Of a DNA stretch of 64,000 nucleotides, positions 1-16,939 are shown one piece after another (position 1 is the stretch's first letter; each line of letters starts with the position of its first letter). Origin of the DNA: Octopus vulgaris (taxonomy: Eukaryota); contig OX597837.1 of the NCBI GenBank assembly GCA_951406725.2, positions 8,060,001 to 8,124,000 of the forward strand. Reading direction: 5' to 3'. Below the pieces are notes generated by a model. It worked only from the letters and a program-made list of their open reading frames with translations, did not search any database and was not told the DNA's origin. A program made the translations under genes and the position numbers.

Positions 1-99
1 TCGACGCTCTAACCACTGAGCCATGCATATATATATATATATATATATATACATCTGTATATGTATATATACAGATATGTTGTATGCATTATGTATATA

Positions 100-505
100 C
101 TCCTACTCTTTACTCTCTTTTACTTGTTTCAGTCATTTGACTGCGGCCATGCTGAAGCACCGCCTTTAGTCGAGCAAACCGATCCCAGTTCTTATTCTTT
201 GTAAGCCTAGTACTTTTTCTATCGGTCCCTTTTGCCGAACCGCTAAGTTACGAGGACGTAAAAACACCAGCATCAGTTGTCAAGTGATGTTGGGTGTACA
301 AACAGACACACAAACACACACACAGACACACACACAACACATACACATATATACATATATACGACGGGCTTCTTTCAGTTTCCGTCTACCAAATCCACTC
401 ACAAGGCTTTGGTTGACCCGAGGCTATAGTAGGAGACACTTACCCAAGGTGTCCCGCAGTGGGATTGAACCTGGAACCATGTGGTTGGTAAACAAGCTAC
501 TTACC
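100..505 (-). mobile_element. tRNA-derived SINE, family A (near full length, internal CA/TA microsatellite)
   Basis: Reverse complement of the repeat at 2195-2594 and 36119-36565; B-box-like GGTTCAATCCC in the head, (GAGTAAAA)-type tail at 100-125. Confidence 0.9.
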
Positions 506-544
506 TACAATGAAAAAGATGGCGCCAACAAAAGAAAAACTTAC

Positions 545-639
545 CTATGTTTTAATTCGGGTAGCAAAAACGATAATCGTTGTATGTTGAACTTTTGAAA
601 AGTTTTGCATATTTTAACTGTTCCACTTATGCATTGTAC
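545..639 (-). other. possible internal exon (VQCISGTVKICKTFQKFNIQRLSFLLPELKH)
   Basis: Consensus donor AG|GTAAGT at 545/544, CTAACAG acceptor at 646-640, one open frame; acceptor has no polypyrimidine tract and the peptide is not recognised. Confidence 0.2.
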
Positions 640-1149
640 CTGTTAGCTGTCTCTTTGCCTGTTCGTAAATCCTGAATTTTCTAGATTGTCACTTAAACAC
701 TTGCCAACGTAATCTCAAGAGTGATTTAATTAACGGGTTAAATATGAATTTATAATGAAAGTTGAAGAGCTGCAGCTATGAAAGCATTTGTCCATGAACA
801 TACTTCTCACTGATTTTGGAAGAGATATTCATATCTGCAGAGCAGGTGATCTCTATGTAACGTTTGTTCGTACGTCTGTACCTACGTCCGTCCGTACGTA
901 CGTACGTATGTATTTATGTATGTATGTATGTAACCTCGCTCTAAATTTGACAGTCTATTAACGAAATTATTGACTGCCTCCGTAGACACATCCACAAAAA
1001 TAGTTTTCAATGTATTTTCAGAATGAGCTATTAATAAAACCCTCTATATAAGATTTTAAAACGATTTTCAGCCTTAAATACAGATTTAGTCTAGTATTTT
1101 ATATGAGGTCAACACACATCAGAGGACAGTATTTAAAATGATAGAAAGG

Positions 1150-1500
1150 TTGGCAAGCTGGAAGATTCATTGGCGCGTCAGACAAATGGCTTAGCATAAT
1201 TTCTTCCGGCTTTTCATTCGGAGTTCAAATGTCACTTTGTTCTACTTTGCGTTTCGTTTTTCGGGGTCAACAATTATTTTGCTTGTAATAAACTCTTTTC
1301 TTAGTTTCCAGCTAACGCCATTCTTTTTGAAGTTGCTTTGATGTACTAATTATCATTACTTTACGCGGTGAGGCAGCGAGCCGGCAGAATCGATTAGCTT
1401 AACAGACGAAATTCTTAAGCGGCAGTTCTTTCTTCTTTACGTTTCGAGTTCCAATTCCGCCGAGGTTTATTATACCGTTTTGTAGTCTATAAAATAAGTT
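1150..1500 (+). mobile_element. two degraded family B SINE fragments (1150-1280, 1370-1500)
   Basis: Diverged matches to the GGCGAGCTGGCAGAA...GAGTTCAAATTCCGCCGAGG head seen intact at 32043 and 49943. Confidence 0.7.
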
Positions 1501-1790
1501 GTTGCTGTGATCCCCTTCGGGTCACAACATGAATGACCATGGAATTGCACCTAGAAAGTTACCTTCGGAGGCACAAGTCTGGGCAAGGTTGTTTATGAAT
1601 GACCAGCAGTCGCCCACGCATACAAGCCCCTACTCTCCACGCCACCGATGTTATCCAAAGGAAAGGTAAAGGCCGATACAGCTTGGCACCAGTGACGTCG
1701 CAACTCATTTATTAACGTGCAAGTGGCTGAGCACTCCACAGACACGTGTACCCTTAACGTAATTCTCGGGGAGATTCAGCGTGACGCAGT
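1500..1790. mobile_element. SINE-like repeat fragments (two juxtaposed pieces)
   Basis: 1713-1790 is the reverse complement of part of 8340-8440; GC-richer repeat-like sequence abutting a TA tract. Confidence 0.6.
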
Positions 1791-2005
1791 CATATATATA
1801 TATATATATTGTCTCTGAGTTTTTTCTAATCCTTCAATCCCGCTGTCCTTACACATCTCCCCTCCTTCCACGTGACCGGTGTTCGGCCAACCACGATCTT
1901 TCTTTCTTGGCCTGACTGCCGACCGCTAACACCTGTTATGTCCATCTCCCACATTCCTGCCTTAAGGCTTTCACTCCATACGCACCAGCTCAATTTGATC
2001 CGTAT

Positions 2006-2071
<66 letters not shown>

Positions 2072-2194
2072 AGATGGGTTGCGGATTACTACAGCTGTTT
2101 CAGACGTGTTCTTTTACTTATTACGTACGTATCAGTATACATTGTCGGTGCATTATCCCTAACTCTACCTTGAGCTTATATATATATATATATA

Positions 2195-2594
2195 GGCGCA
2201 GAAGTGGCTGTGTGGTAAGTAGCTTGTTTACCAACCACATGGTTCCGGGTTCAGTCCCACTGCGTGGCATCTTGGGCAAGTGTCTTCCGCTATAGCCCCG
2301 GGCCGACCAATGTCTTGTGAGTGGATTTGGTAGACGGAAACTGAAAGAAGCCTGTCGTATATATGTATATATATATATGCGTGTGTCTGTTTGTGTGTCT
2401 GTGTTTGTTCCCCTAGCATTACTTGACAACCGATGCTGGTGTGTTTACGTTCCCGTCACTTAGCGGTTCGGCAAAAGAGACCGATAGAATAAGTACTGGG
2501 CTTACAAAGAATAAGTCCCGGGGTCGATTTGCTCGACTAAAGGCGGTGCTCCAGCATGGCTGCAGTCAAAATGACTGAAACAAGTATAAGAGTA
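2195..2594 (+). mobile_element. tRNA-derived SINE, family A (full length)
   Basis: A-box TGGCTGTGTGG, B-box GGTTCAGTCCC, conserved body and 3' tail; many near-identical copies in the window. Confidence 0.92.
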
Positions 2595-2989
2595 TATGCA
2601 TAAAAATATTTTTACAGCATAGACGTCAGACAGACAACTGACTTCCAAAACAGAACGTTTCTGCATTCTGTTGATGCCAAAGAACAATAAAAATATACTT
2701 GCCTTTTAATTTGCTTCATGTTTTATTTCAATTCTTTAGATTCCGGTAATATCCTTTTGAACCCTCAATCTCATCCTAATCTTTTTGACTCCCGTTGTTA
2801 TATCTTTGCTCTGTTTTGTTTTTGTTTTTGTTTTTGTTTTTGTTTTTTTCGTTCGAGAATGTTCTGGATACAAAAATCATGTTTTATATGAATAGGTTGT
2901 GTCTGGAGGAGATTCTGTATTCTGCACCATCCGTTTGAAAACATATGCTGTATGGTTATTGTGTTCAAGTCTGGAATGAAATATATACA

Positions 2990-4560
<1,571 letters not shown>

Positions 4561-4979
4561 CATTACACGATGTATATATAACGTCACGAAAACAGACGAC
4601 ACGTTGAATGACAAAATTTAAAGCGACACACAGTCACACACACATATATGTTTGTTTGAATATATGTGTGTGTGAGAGCATGTCTGTGTGTGTTTGAGCA
4701 TGTGAATGTGTGTGAATGCATTAGTATGTATGGGTGTGTGCATATGTCTGTCTCTGTGTGTATGCTTGTATGTGTGTGCGTATCGGTGTCTAAGTGTCTG
4801 TGAGTGTGACTATATAAAAACATGCTCTTTCTCAATACATTACCGGAACATACATATTAAACGTTACCTACATACGTCTATACGCTTTTTTCGCTCTTCC
4901 TACCCCTCTGCCTCTATCTCTCTGTCACTGTCCACCAGTCTAAATCTCTCCCTCTCACTTTGTATATATATATATATAT

Positions 4980-5260
<281 letters not shown>

Positions 5261-5389
5261 AGTTATATATATACATATGTATGTATGTGTATACATACAT
5301 ATATATATATATATATAACAAACTAGTAGATATTTGTCACAAAGTAATTACACCCATAATCAAATTGTTGCTTTTGTAACTTGAATAAC

Positions 5390-6240
<851 letters not shown>

Positions 6241-6323
6241 AATGTGTAAATATATATTTGTCTATATATATGTATATATACACACAGACACACAAATATA
6301 TATATATATATATATACCCATAT

Positions 6324-6370
<47 letters not shown>

Positions 6371-6445
6371 CTATGTATCTATCTATTTATGTATGTCTGT
6401 CTGCCTGTCAACTGTATGTATGTATGTATGTATGTATGTATGTAT

Positions 6446-6486
<41 letters not shown>

Positions 6487-6520
6487 AATATATATATATA
6501 TATATATACCCATATATGTA

Positions 6521-6562
<42 letters not shown>

Positions 6563-6645
6563 TCTATGTATCTATCTATTTATGTATGTCTGTCTGCCTG
6601 TCAGATGTATGTATGTATGTATGTATGTATGTATGTATGTATCTA

Positions 6646-6689
<44 letters not shown>

Positions 6690-7220
6690 CTTACATACAC
6701 ACATAGATATACGCAGCCATAAAGAAAGAGATTAATATATATATATACCCTGTAGATATGTGACTCTTATCACGTTTTTCAAGTATCATGTCATGTTTGT
6801 AAAACTAGCAACGGAAAATATTTTCACCTAGATTTCATTGTAAGAAGAAAAAGTGTTTACATGTATAAAGTATAGACTTGTATTTGTATGAGTGTGTTTG
6901 TGTGTGTATGTGTTTGTGTATAAGTATCTACGTGCGTATACGTTCATGCTTACTCATGCACACACACACATGCGCCCGGTCACACACATTCACACGTATG
7001 CATACATACATACATATATGTCTATGTGTATGCATTTATGTATATGTATATATATATATATATGTATGTATGCATGTATGTATATATGTGTGTAATCATA
7101 TGCACATGCACACTTATATATATATACACTCATCTACATACGTTTATGGTAGCTATGATGTGTCTTTATTCATGAAGGTATATTTACGTACATGTCTGTC
7201 TGTTTGTGTGTGTTTCTATT

Positions 7221-7276
<56 letters not shown>

Positions 7277-7290
7277 GATATATATGTATG

Positions 7291-7340
<50 letters not shown>

Positions 7341-7809
7341 ACCCTCGATATCTTAACAGCGAATATTCCTGTTCTTCTATCAGCTAAATCATTCCCTTAT
7401 TATATGAAAGTGTAAGTCGCCCAATATTCAGAGACGTCTGTCCCCTTAATAGAACCCCGAGGCTGGATCAGAATAATACTGTGTTTCATAGTCATCTTTC
7501 TGTTACGTCATCCCACTTATTTTCTAAGCAGCTGAGAATTCCAAAGCCATTTGCACACCTTTAATGTTATGGCCTATGGAAGCACACTCAGCAAGGTACA
7601 TATGTGCCCCATCTGGCACTTTGAATCAGTGGTGTTGTTCATCGTGTACTCCAGTGTAAATGCTGTAAATGGTTTATTGTTTCATACATAAGTCTACTCT
7701 TAACTTGGATACTGTGTGTGTATGTGTGGTTAGCAATGTCAATGTTTTGAATCATGGGAACATTCTTTCTGGGTTTCGAAACAGTTTACATTTATTTTTG
7801 TTGTAACTG

Positions 7810-8200
7810 ATTTCTGTCATTGGACCGCGGCCATGCTGGAGCAACGTCTTCAAGATATTGTAGTATATATTTTTCAAGCATTGTACTTATTCCGTCGGTA
7901 TTCTATCGAACTGCTAATTTACGGCGGCCTGAGTACACCAACAGCGGTTGCCAAGTGGTGCTAGGGAACAAATACACACACATACACACATACAGACAAG
8001 CACACACACACACACGCATACACACACGCATACACACACACATACTACGACAGTCTTCTCTCAGTTTCCGTCAAGCAAATTCACTCGCAAGATTTTGGTT
8101 GGCCAGAGGCCACGGTAGACGACTCTTGCCCAAGGTGCCCTCCAGTCAGTCTGAACCCAGAACCATGTGGTGTGGAAGCAAGCTTCTTACCACACAGACA
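7810..8200 (-). mobile_element. diverged family A SINE
   Basis: CGCGGCCATGCTGGAGCA, TTGCCCAAGGTGCC and AACCATGTGG...CTTACCACACAG landmarks. Confidence 0.8.
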
Positions 8201-8324
8201 CGCATGCGTCTATATACACAGCTTCATTCACAAAGTGTAGTTGGACGTGAAGCGATGATAGGAGGAACTTGCTCAAGACACCACCCAACCCTGTTGGTTC
8301 TACCCCAACATTGATTAACATCTT

Positions 8325-8510
8325 GGGAGTATTTCAAAAAAGGGCCAGCCTTGTCACACTCTGTGTCACGCTGAATCTCCCCCGAGAACTATGTTAAGGG
8401 TACACGTGTCTGTGGAGTGCTCAGCCACTCACACGTTAATTTCACGAGCAGGCTGCTCCGTTGATCGGATCAACTGGAACCCTCGTCGTCGTAACCGACG
8501 GAGTGCCAAA
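8325..8510 (-). mobile_element. SINE-like repeat fragment
   Basis: Homologous in inverted orientation to 1713-1790 (GAGCACTCCACAGACACGTGTACCCTTAAC). Confidence 0.7.
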
Positions 8511-8936
8511 CATATTCGGGTATTTTCAATGCCGGTTAGATATAGGGAAAATGAAGACAAACATTTAAACAAAAACAACGTTTAAGGCTGTTTATATTTG
8601 CTTTTAATTCGGCCCTTAAATGCCCTGATCAAGAAAAGTGCTAGGTTCTGCAAGGAGCGGTTGCACAGATGTGTGAATATCTGGATGTGCTCGTGTGTGT
8701 TTGTGTGTGCGTGCGCATGTGCGTGTGTATGCGCGTGTGAGACGGGGCACATGTAGTTATTGATAGATTTAAATTAGCCAATTAGCAACGAAAAGCTCAT
8801 GGTTGCTGTGCGTATGAATATACATGTTTGAACGTAAGTTCGTCTATGCATGTATGTATGTATGCATGTATGTATATATGTATGTATGTACGTGCTTATC
8901 CATACACATGCGCATACACACAAGAATCTACATGTA

Positions 8937-8986
<50 letters not shown>

Positions 8987-9327
8987 TATACATATATATA
9001 TGTATATATATAATGTGTGTTGTGTATATATATGCACGTATATATATGTATGTGTGTTGTGTATATATGCACGTCTATATATATACATATATAAATATGT
9101 ATGTACACATACACACACCTGTGTGTGTGTGCGTGTGTGAATGTTTGTCTGTGTGTGAGTGTGCATGCTTCCACGTGTGTATATGTATGTGTGCCTACAC
9201 GTGTAGATGCATATTAATAGTATTAATATTTGTTTCGTTCTCCGCGTGTCAATCGTGTGTATTCTCACAACCCTCAACCAAATTACCAGACCACCATTCA
9301 CGAAGAAAGTGCAAATACTACTACTAA

Positions 9328-9383
<56 letters not shown>

Positions 9384-9465
9384 ATATTCATGTATGTATA
9401 TGTTTAAGATACACACACATACGCATAAATATTTTAGTGCATATATATCTATATATACATATATA

Positions 9466-9586
9466 TCACCGTGATCACCGTGACCGACCAGGCTATCAGA
9501 GGTTGCTACACATCGCTGGTCACAATGCGCTTCGCACTGTTTTAGCCTTCAAATGACGCCACCCAGCTGGCGAGCGAGCAGGCCAA
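9466..9586 (-). mobile_element. 3' fragment of family C SINE
   Basis: Matches the tail of 28725-29010 and 45960-46248. Confidence 0.85.
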
Positions 9587-9676
9587 TATACATATATATA
9601 TACGAACTTATTTATATATATATCTACGTTTATACACATCGATCTCTCTATGTATATATATATATGTATGTTTGTT

Positions 9677-9734
<58 letters not shown>

Positions 9735-9797
9735 AATCTATATATATTTGTATATATTCATGAGTGTATTTATATATAGTATACGTACCTGATATAT

Positions 9798-9832
<35 letters not shown>

Positions 9833-10102
9833 CATATATTTTTAGATATCTGTATATATCTATATCTATCAATCTATTACTCTATCTACACACAATTCTC
9901 ACACACGTTCACACACACGTTCACACACACACACACACACACAAACAGACGAATGCCTATATGTATATAGACTTGCATTTTTGGCGGGAATTGATTAGTC
10001 AACAGTTCGAAGGGGAATGGCGTTTACGTCCGGGTTTTTCTAATACTTATTCCATGCCATAAAATTTAGGTGTATGTAAATAGCTGTCCAGAAACACACA
10101 CT

Positions 10103-10165
<63 letters not shown>

Positions 10166-10709
10166 ACACACACACAACATACAGATAAACAAAGCACACG
10201 CTAACAAGTAGACACATAAGCAGACGCTTACAAATACAGGATAGCCTAATATTTCTTTCCACATATACGGTCATATGTGAGCGAGAGAGATAGTGATTGT
10301 ATATATGTATATATGTGTGTATGTCTGTGTGCCTGCGTGAGAGAGAGAGAGTGTTTTTATATATATATATATATATATATACTAAGAATAACGTACGCAT
10401 ATATATATACGTGTGTGTAAATTTATATATATATATATGTACATTATGTGTATGTATATACATATATATATATATGTTTTTTATTACCCAGATTTCAATA
10501 TATATACGCACACACATATGTATATATGTGTGTGTGTGTGTGTGTGTATGTGTGTGAGCGTGTGCGTGCATATACATATATAAATATACAAACACACATC
10601 GCCAGACAAATATATGTATACATGTATGTATGTAACTGTGTATGTATGTGGGTACACATATATATATACTTATATATACATATGCATATCTATATATACA
10701 TATACATAC

Positions 10710-10750
<41 letters not shown>

Positions 10751-11319
10751 TGTACATCTATCTATCTATGTACATATATATTTATATATACACACACATG
10801 CAAACATATATCTATTTATACACGCACATACAAACAGAAATACTAAGTAATCAAAGCCACACCGGTATTCTTCTAAACTTTGTACGGCAGCCATATTATG
10901 CCAACGTCATCAAACTTTTTTAATCTATTCCCTCATCACTTGTCTGCCGTCTCTGATTCATATTCATCTGTCGTGCAGGAGAGTAAATAGGACCAACTTT
11001 TTCGGAGCCAAGTACCATGTGGTGGGTTTTTGTCCGACGCACCGATGTTCCCTTCAAGATTATTTTCTAACTTGTAAATTCTGCTCAGACCTCTTTGTCC
11101 TCCCGGGGCTACACTAAAGGTTATTTGCCAAAAGTCTTGTATCTTTGCCAAACAAGCTTAGTCAACAAAGAACCATATTTGGTCCCAATATATTTTCATA
11201 TCTATGCATTTAAACACATGCATGCATACATACATACATACATACATACGTAGTACTTATATACATATATACATATATATGTATATACATATAAATATGT
11301 GTTTATAGACATATATATG

Positions 11320-11360
<41 letters not shown>

Positions 11361-11369
11361 TTGCATATA

Positions 11370-11436
<67 letters not shown>

Positions 11437-11507
11437 GTATATATATATATGTATATATATATGTGTATATATATATATGTAAATATATATATATGTATAT
11501 ATATATA

Positions 11508-11559
<52 letters not shown>

Positions 11560-11562
<3 letters not shown>

Positions 11563-12085
11563 TATGCGATGAATAAATTGTCGTCTAAGTTACTCAAAAA
11601 GGGAAATAATGCTGACATCTTATTCTCACAGATATATTTACCAAAATTGCATAAAAATATCTTGAAATACTAAAACCCTCATTTGGCTTCCACTTCTGCC
11701 TTCAAAACGACATCGGAATCTCCTGCAACTCTTCTGGACAGTCTCCTCGACTAAGTTGGTGAATGCTGCCATAATCCTTGCCTTCTGTTCCTCTTTGGTG
11801 TTACAAGGAGTTTTGCAGTCTGGTGAGTTAGGTGGCCAGATGTGAGGGGTGATGTTGTCGCAAAAGTTCTCTGACAGCCATGACTGGGTCCTCTTATTTG
11901 TGTGTCATGGTGTAGAGTCCTGTTGCCAGATATAGGGTCTTCCAGCAGCCACCCTCTTTACTCAGGGCAGCACTACTTCCCCCAGGCACTTGATGTAGAC
12001 CTCTTGTGTTGAGTCTGAGGCCGTTTGGGAAGATGAATGGAGGCACAACGTCGCCATCTCTAGTGATCACTCGAAACACCATTAT
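11560..12085 (-). mobile_element. Tc1/mariner DD37D (maT-type) transposon remnant, transposase C-terminal pseudogene plus right end
   Basis: Minus-strand translation MVFRVITRDGDVVPPFIFPNGLRLNT / RVAAGRPYIWQQDSTP*HTNKRTQSWLSENFCDNITPHIWPPNSPDC / KTPCNTKEEQKARIMAAF; QQD-to-SPDC spacing fits D37D; stop, frameshift and deletion of the third Asp; TA|CAG terminus near 11560. Confidence 0.88.
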
Positions 12086-12232
12086 GTCGAGCAAATCGAC
12101 TCCAGAACTTATTCTTTGTAAGCCTAGTGCTTATTCTATCGGTCACTTTTGCGGAGCCGCTAAGTTATGGGGACGTAAACACACCAGCATCGGTTGTCAA
12201 GCGATGTTGGGGGACAAACACAGACACACAAG

Positions 12233-12281
<49 letters not shown>

Positions 12282-12460
12282 GCGCGCACATATATATATA
12301 TATACATATATATAACGGGCTTCTATCAGTTTCCGTCTACGAAATCCACTCACAAGTCTTTGATCGGTCCGAGGCTATAGTAGAAGACACTTGCCCAAGG
12401 TGCCACAATGTGGCACTGAACCCGGAAGAATGTGGTTGGTAAGCAAGCTACTTACCACAC
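12086..12460 (-). mobile_element. family A SINE truncating the maT remnant
   Basis: Homology to the other family A copies. Confidence 0.9.
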
Positions 12461-12789
12461 GCCGATATATATATGTATATATATGTATATATATATGTAT
12501 ATATACTGTATTTTGAAATAATAGCATGAAATTCGATATCAAAGAAATTTCTCACGAAATATATAGGTCTAAAATAGTATTGTATTAAATATATATATAA
12601 ATATATGAAACATGACAGCTTAAAAATTTGTTAATTAATTTTCGTTTCGCGAAAGTATTGTCATTATAATGGAATCCATTGTTGATATACATTGATAAAC
12701 AATTACTTCCGCTCCTCAGAGATGGAGAAGAGAAAGTTTTTATAATATATCGAAATATACGAGAAAGTAATTTTGAAAATAGATTGTAG

Positions 12790-13020
12790 TTGTGTGTGTG
12801 TGTGTGTGTCGTTGTGTCTGTGTCAGCACTTCTTGACAACCAGTGTTGGTGTGTTTACGTCCACGTAACCTAGTATTTCAGCAAGCGACCGATTGGTTAA
12901 GTACCAGGCTTAAAAAGAGAGAAAAAAAGCACAGGGGTCGATTCGTTCGACTAAAAACTCTCCAAAGCGGTGCTCCAGCATGAGCGCAGCTTAATGACTG
13001 AAGCAAATGAAAGATAAAGC
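12790..13020 (+). mobile_element. 3' half of family A-related SINE
   Basis: CTTGACAACCAGTGTTGGTGTGTTTACGTCC...GGGGTCGATTCGTTCGACTAA...GCGGTGCTCCAGCATG. Confidence 0.8.
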
Positions 13021-13489
13021 ACAAATGATGATTATACACGGGTAACTATACTTCATTTAATTATCTCAGTAAATTTAATATTTGTTCGATTTAGAGGTGA
13101 CCAGCCCTGGTTTAGAAAAGCCGACAATCCGGAAATGCTTTGGAGTGAAAGGTTCCTGAAAATCGATCGCTGTACCTCTATAATAAATACATTTGGGTCT
13201 CTATTTAATAAAATATACAGAGAAGTGTACTTAATATCAATACAATTGTATGAAAGAGAAAATAACAAACGCACAGAGAGCAACAATTCTGCGGAAAAAC
13301 ACAAGTGAACAGCCATTTTATGTTATTTTGCTCGACAAATGATAAATATAAAAAAAAATTGTTTTTTTTTATTTTTTCATTTGTTCGGTAGTTTGTGGTG
13401 CTTTTCAGATTGGAAAGTCAATCGATGAATGAAAATAATCAATCAGTTATAGAGTAGAGACATGTTTAGAAACAGGGAGATAGAGAAAT

Positions 13490-13538
<49 letters not shown>

Positions 13539-14120
13539 AGAGAGAGAGAGAGAGAGCGAGAGCGAGAGAGAGAGAGAGAAAGAGAGAAAGAAAGGCAGAA
13601 AGAAAGAAAGAAAGAGAGAGACTATGTAGGGAAGTGAACAAGGGAAGCCATGATGTGAGAAAATAAATAAACAAAGATTTGGCAAGCAAGGAAGGAGGTA
13701 AAAAGTAAGGAAGCAAAGAAGTAAGGAAAAGAAGCAGTCAAGGAAGAAAGCAAATAAAATTATCATGCATGAAACCTGAGGTAGGGTAATAATGGAGAGA
13801 CTGTGTAAGAAAAAGGCTAACATGAATGGAAATAAGGAGGGAAAACGTGTGATAGGAAGCGACCAAAGGGCTGCCAAGAAAGGAAGCATGCAAAAAAAAA
13901 TAAGGAAGGGAGCTTGGAATTGGCAAGGAGACAAGGAAAATAATGGAACAAAGTTAGCACGCAAGAAACGGGTGACCGAAGAAGCAAACAGGAAAAGAAA
14001 GCGTGGTGGGAATGAAGTAAAAATCCAAGTGAGAAGCATGCTGGTAGGGTTACAAGTTAAGGGGCAAATAAATAAGATAATGAGGAAGTTAGTGAATAAT
14101 CAGGCAAAGAATAAATGAAA

Positions 14121-14582
14121 GAGTAAGCAAGTAAACAAGGAAGCTAGGAAGCAAAGGAGAAAAGAAGCAAGCTGGCATCAAAGAATGCTAGCCACGAAGC
14201 AAGCTAGCGAGAAAACGAGCAATGAAAATGAAGGTAAACAAATGAAATGAAACAAGGCAGCAAGATATAAAACAAGGGAAAGAAGTCAGGAAACTAGGGC
14301 GCAAGCAAAGAAGTAAGGAAGTAAGCATGCAAGCAAGCTATCAAACTACAGAAAGAGAAAGTTGTTACTTTCTAGGAGTAAGCAAGTAACAAGGAAGCTA
14401 GGAAGCAAACGAGAAAAGAAGCAAGCAAGCAACGAAGCAAGCTCACAACGAAGCAAGCTAGCGAGCGAGCAAGCAATAAAAATGAAAATAAACAAACGAA
14501 ATAAAACAAGACAGCAAGATATAAAACAAGGGAAAGAAGTCAGGAAACTGGGGCGCAAGCAAAGGAGTAAGGAAGTAAGCAT

Positions 14583-14630
<48 letters not shown>

Positions 14631-14900
14631 TCAAACTACGGAAAGAGGAAGTTGTTACTCTCTGGGAGTAAACAAGAAAGCTAGGAAGCAAACGAGAAAA
14701 GAAGCACGCTCACAGCGAAGCAAGCTAGCGATCGATCAAGCAATGAAAATGAAAATAAACAAACGAAACAAGACAGCAAGATATAAAACAAAGGAAAGAA
14801 GTCAGGAAATTAGGGCGCAAGCAAAGAAGTAATGAAGTAAGCATGCAAGCAAGCAAGCAAGCTATTAAACAACGGAAAAAGAAAGTTGTTACTTTCTCTT
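14121..14900. repeat. purine-rich tandem repeat, 3 diverged copies of a ~240-290 bp unit with internal (GCAA)n
   Basis: CAGCAAGATATAAAACAA-GGAAAGAAGTCAGGAAA recurs at ~14258, ~14512 and ~14774. Confidence 0.9.
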
Positions 14901-15159
14901 TTCGTTGTATGATCGTTTGCAAAATTACAAGATTGAAAGAAATGAAGCGAGAAAGCAACCACGTAAAAAAAAAAAAAAAAAAAGGGAAGAAGCGAGCAAG
15001 CATTGTACCAAGCAAGGTAGCAATCGATGAAACAAGCAAGGGGGCAATTCTAGAAAACAGGAATTAAAATAAATCGAGGAAACGAGGTGAAATAAAAAAG
15101 AAAAAGCCGAGAAGCTAAAATACATTTTTAAGTCCGTGGTTGGATGATTTAAACAGGAG

Positions 15160-16480
15160 CGATGGTGGTGATGATGATGATGGTGGTGGCGGTGGTTGTG
15201 GTCATTGTATTGATAGCGGTAGTCATGTTGGTCGCAATTGTAGTGGTGGTGGTGATGGTGTTGGTAGTGGTGGTGGTCGTGGTTCTTGTGTAACCCGTTT
15301 GTGGTAACAAAAAATGGTGTTCGTAGAAGCGCTAGTAACAGTACATATGATGCTGTTGTTGTTGTTGGTGGTGGTGGTGGTGGTGCTAGCATTAGTGGTA
15401 GCAACGGAAGCAGTGGTAGAAGTAGTAGTAGTAGCAGCAGCAGTCTTAGTCGTAATAATGCTGAAGGGGGTCCAGGCTTGCGAGAGCAGTAATAGTGGTG
15501 GTGGTAGTGTCGAGTTGTTGTTGGGGGTGGGGGTTGTTGTTCTTGCTGTTGTTGGCAGCGTTAGTAGTGGTGTTAGTGGCGGTTGTGATGGTGTGGGGGT
15601 GTCAGAGTCGGTACTATGGTAATGGTGGTGGTGGCGTTGGTCATGGTGGAAATAGTAATGATGATGATGATGATGTAGTGGTACCGCTGGTGATGGCTGT
15701 GTTGGTAGTGGTGGTAGTGATGTTGGTGGTGGTGGTCATGGTTGCACCTGGTGGTGGATTTCGTGCCATTGATGACGGCTAAAATAGACATGATGGTGGT
15801 AGTGGTGGTGGTGGTGATGATAGTGTTGGTGTTGGTGGTGGCGGTTGCGTTGGTGGTGGGGGGTAGTGCTGGTGGGATTGATGCTGTTGGTGGTGTTGTT
15901 AGTGGCGGGGTGGTGGTGGTTGCATTGGTGGTGAAGGTGTTGGTGCTATTGGTGATGGCGGTTGCGTTGGTGGTGAGGGTAGTGTTGGCGGTGTTGGTGG
16001 GAGTGGGGCTGGCGGTGGTGGTGGTGGTGGTGGTGTCTATGGTTGCACCTGGTGGTGGATTTCATGCCATTGATGACGGCTAAAATAGACATGATGGTGG
16101 TGGTGGTGGTGGTGGTGGTAGTGGCATTTATGTTGGTGGTGGTATGGTGGTGGCGGTTGCGTTGGTGGTGAAGGTGCTGGTGGCATTGGTGATGGCGGCT
16201 ACGTCGGTGTTGGCGGTGCTGGCAGTGTTAGTGGTGGTGGTTGTGTTGGTGGCAGGTACTCTTGGCGGTGACGGTGGTGTCGATGCCGGCGGCAGTGATG
16301 GTGGCGCTGGTGTCGGCGTGGATGAAACGGCAACAGAAATGGCGGCGGTGGTATTAGCGGAGGCAATAGCGATGATGGCGACGGCCATGGTAGTAGCGGC
16401 AGCCGTTGGTGACGTTGGCAGTGGTCTTGGTGGTGGTAGTGTTGTTGTTGGTGGTGTTGGTGGTGTTGGTGGTAGCGCGA
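15160..16480. repeat. degenerate (GGT/GTT)n low-complexity region with a ~300 bp internal duplication
   Basis: ATGGTTGCACCTGGTGGTGGATTTC-TGCCATTGATGACGGCTAAAATAGACATG at ~15739 and ~16039. Confidence 0.85.
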
Positions 16481-16780
16481 GATAGTGTGTACAAAGTTAT
16501 AATGGACACTGAGAAATCAGTAGCTGACTTAATCAATAAAAATCATAAAATATTCACCACCAAATACGCTCACCGACTGGCTTTAGTATTTACTGTATCA
16601 ATATCTTAACGATAATGAGGGACACACAGACACACAGACACGCACTCACACACATACACGCACGTACACACAAACATATATATATATATGTTTGTGTGTA
16701 TATATCTGTGTGTGTGTCTTTATATATATATGTATATATATGTGTGTTTATATATATATATGTATATATATATGTGTGTG

Positions 16781-16834
<54 letters not shown>

Positions 16835-16871
16835 GAGTGTGTGTGTATGTGTGTATATATATACATACATA

Positions 16872-16917
<46 letters not shown>

Positions 16918-16939
16918 GTGTATATATACATACATAGTA

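Noticed and set aside
2703-2970. Possible minus-strand exon with TTTCATTCCAG acceptor and AG|GCAAGT (GC) donor
   Set aside because: Stops in all frames, and its last ATG is out of frame with the 545-639 candidate; could only be UTR or lncRNA and cannot be supported from sequence
6746-6770. TACCCTGTAGAT resembles the 5' half of miR-10
   Set aside because: Only 12 nt match, the 3' half differs and there is no precursor hairpin
10936-11151. 71-aa non-repetitive ORF
   Set aside because: No recognisable motif, non-ATG start, no convincing splice signals
13053-13316. Frames open on both strands in unique sequence
   Set aside because: No recognisable protein; length is compatible with chance
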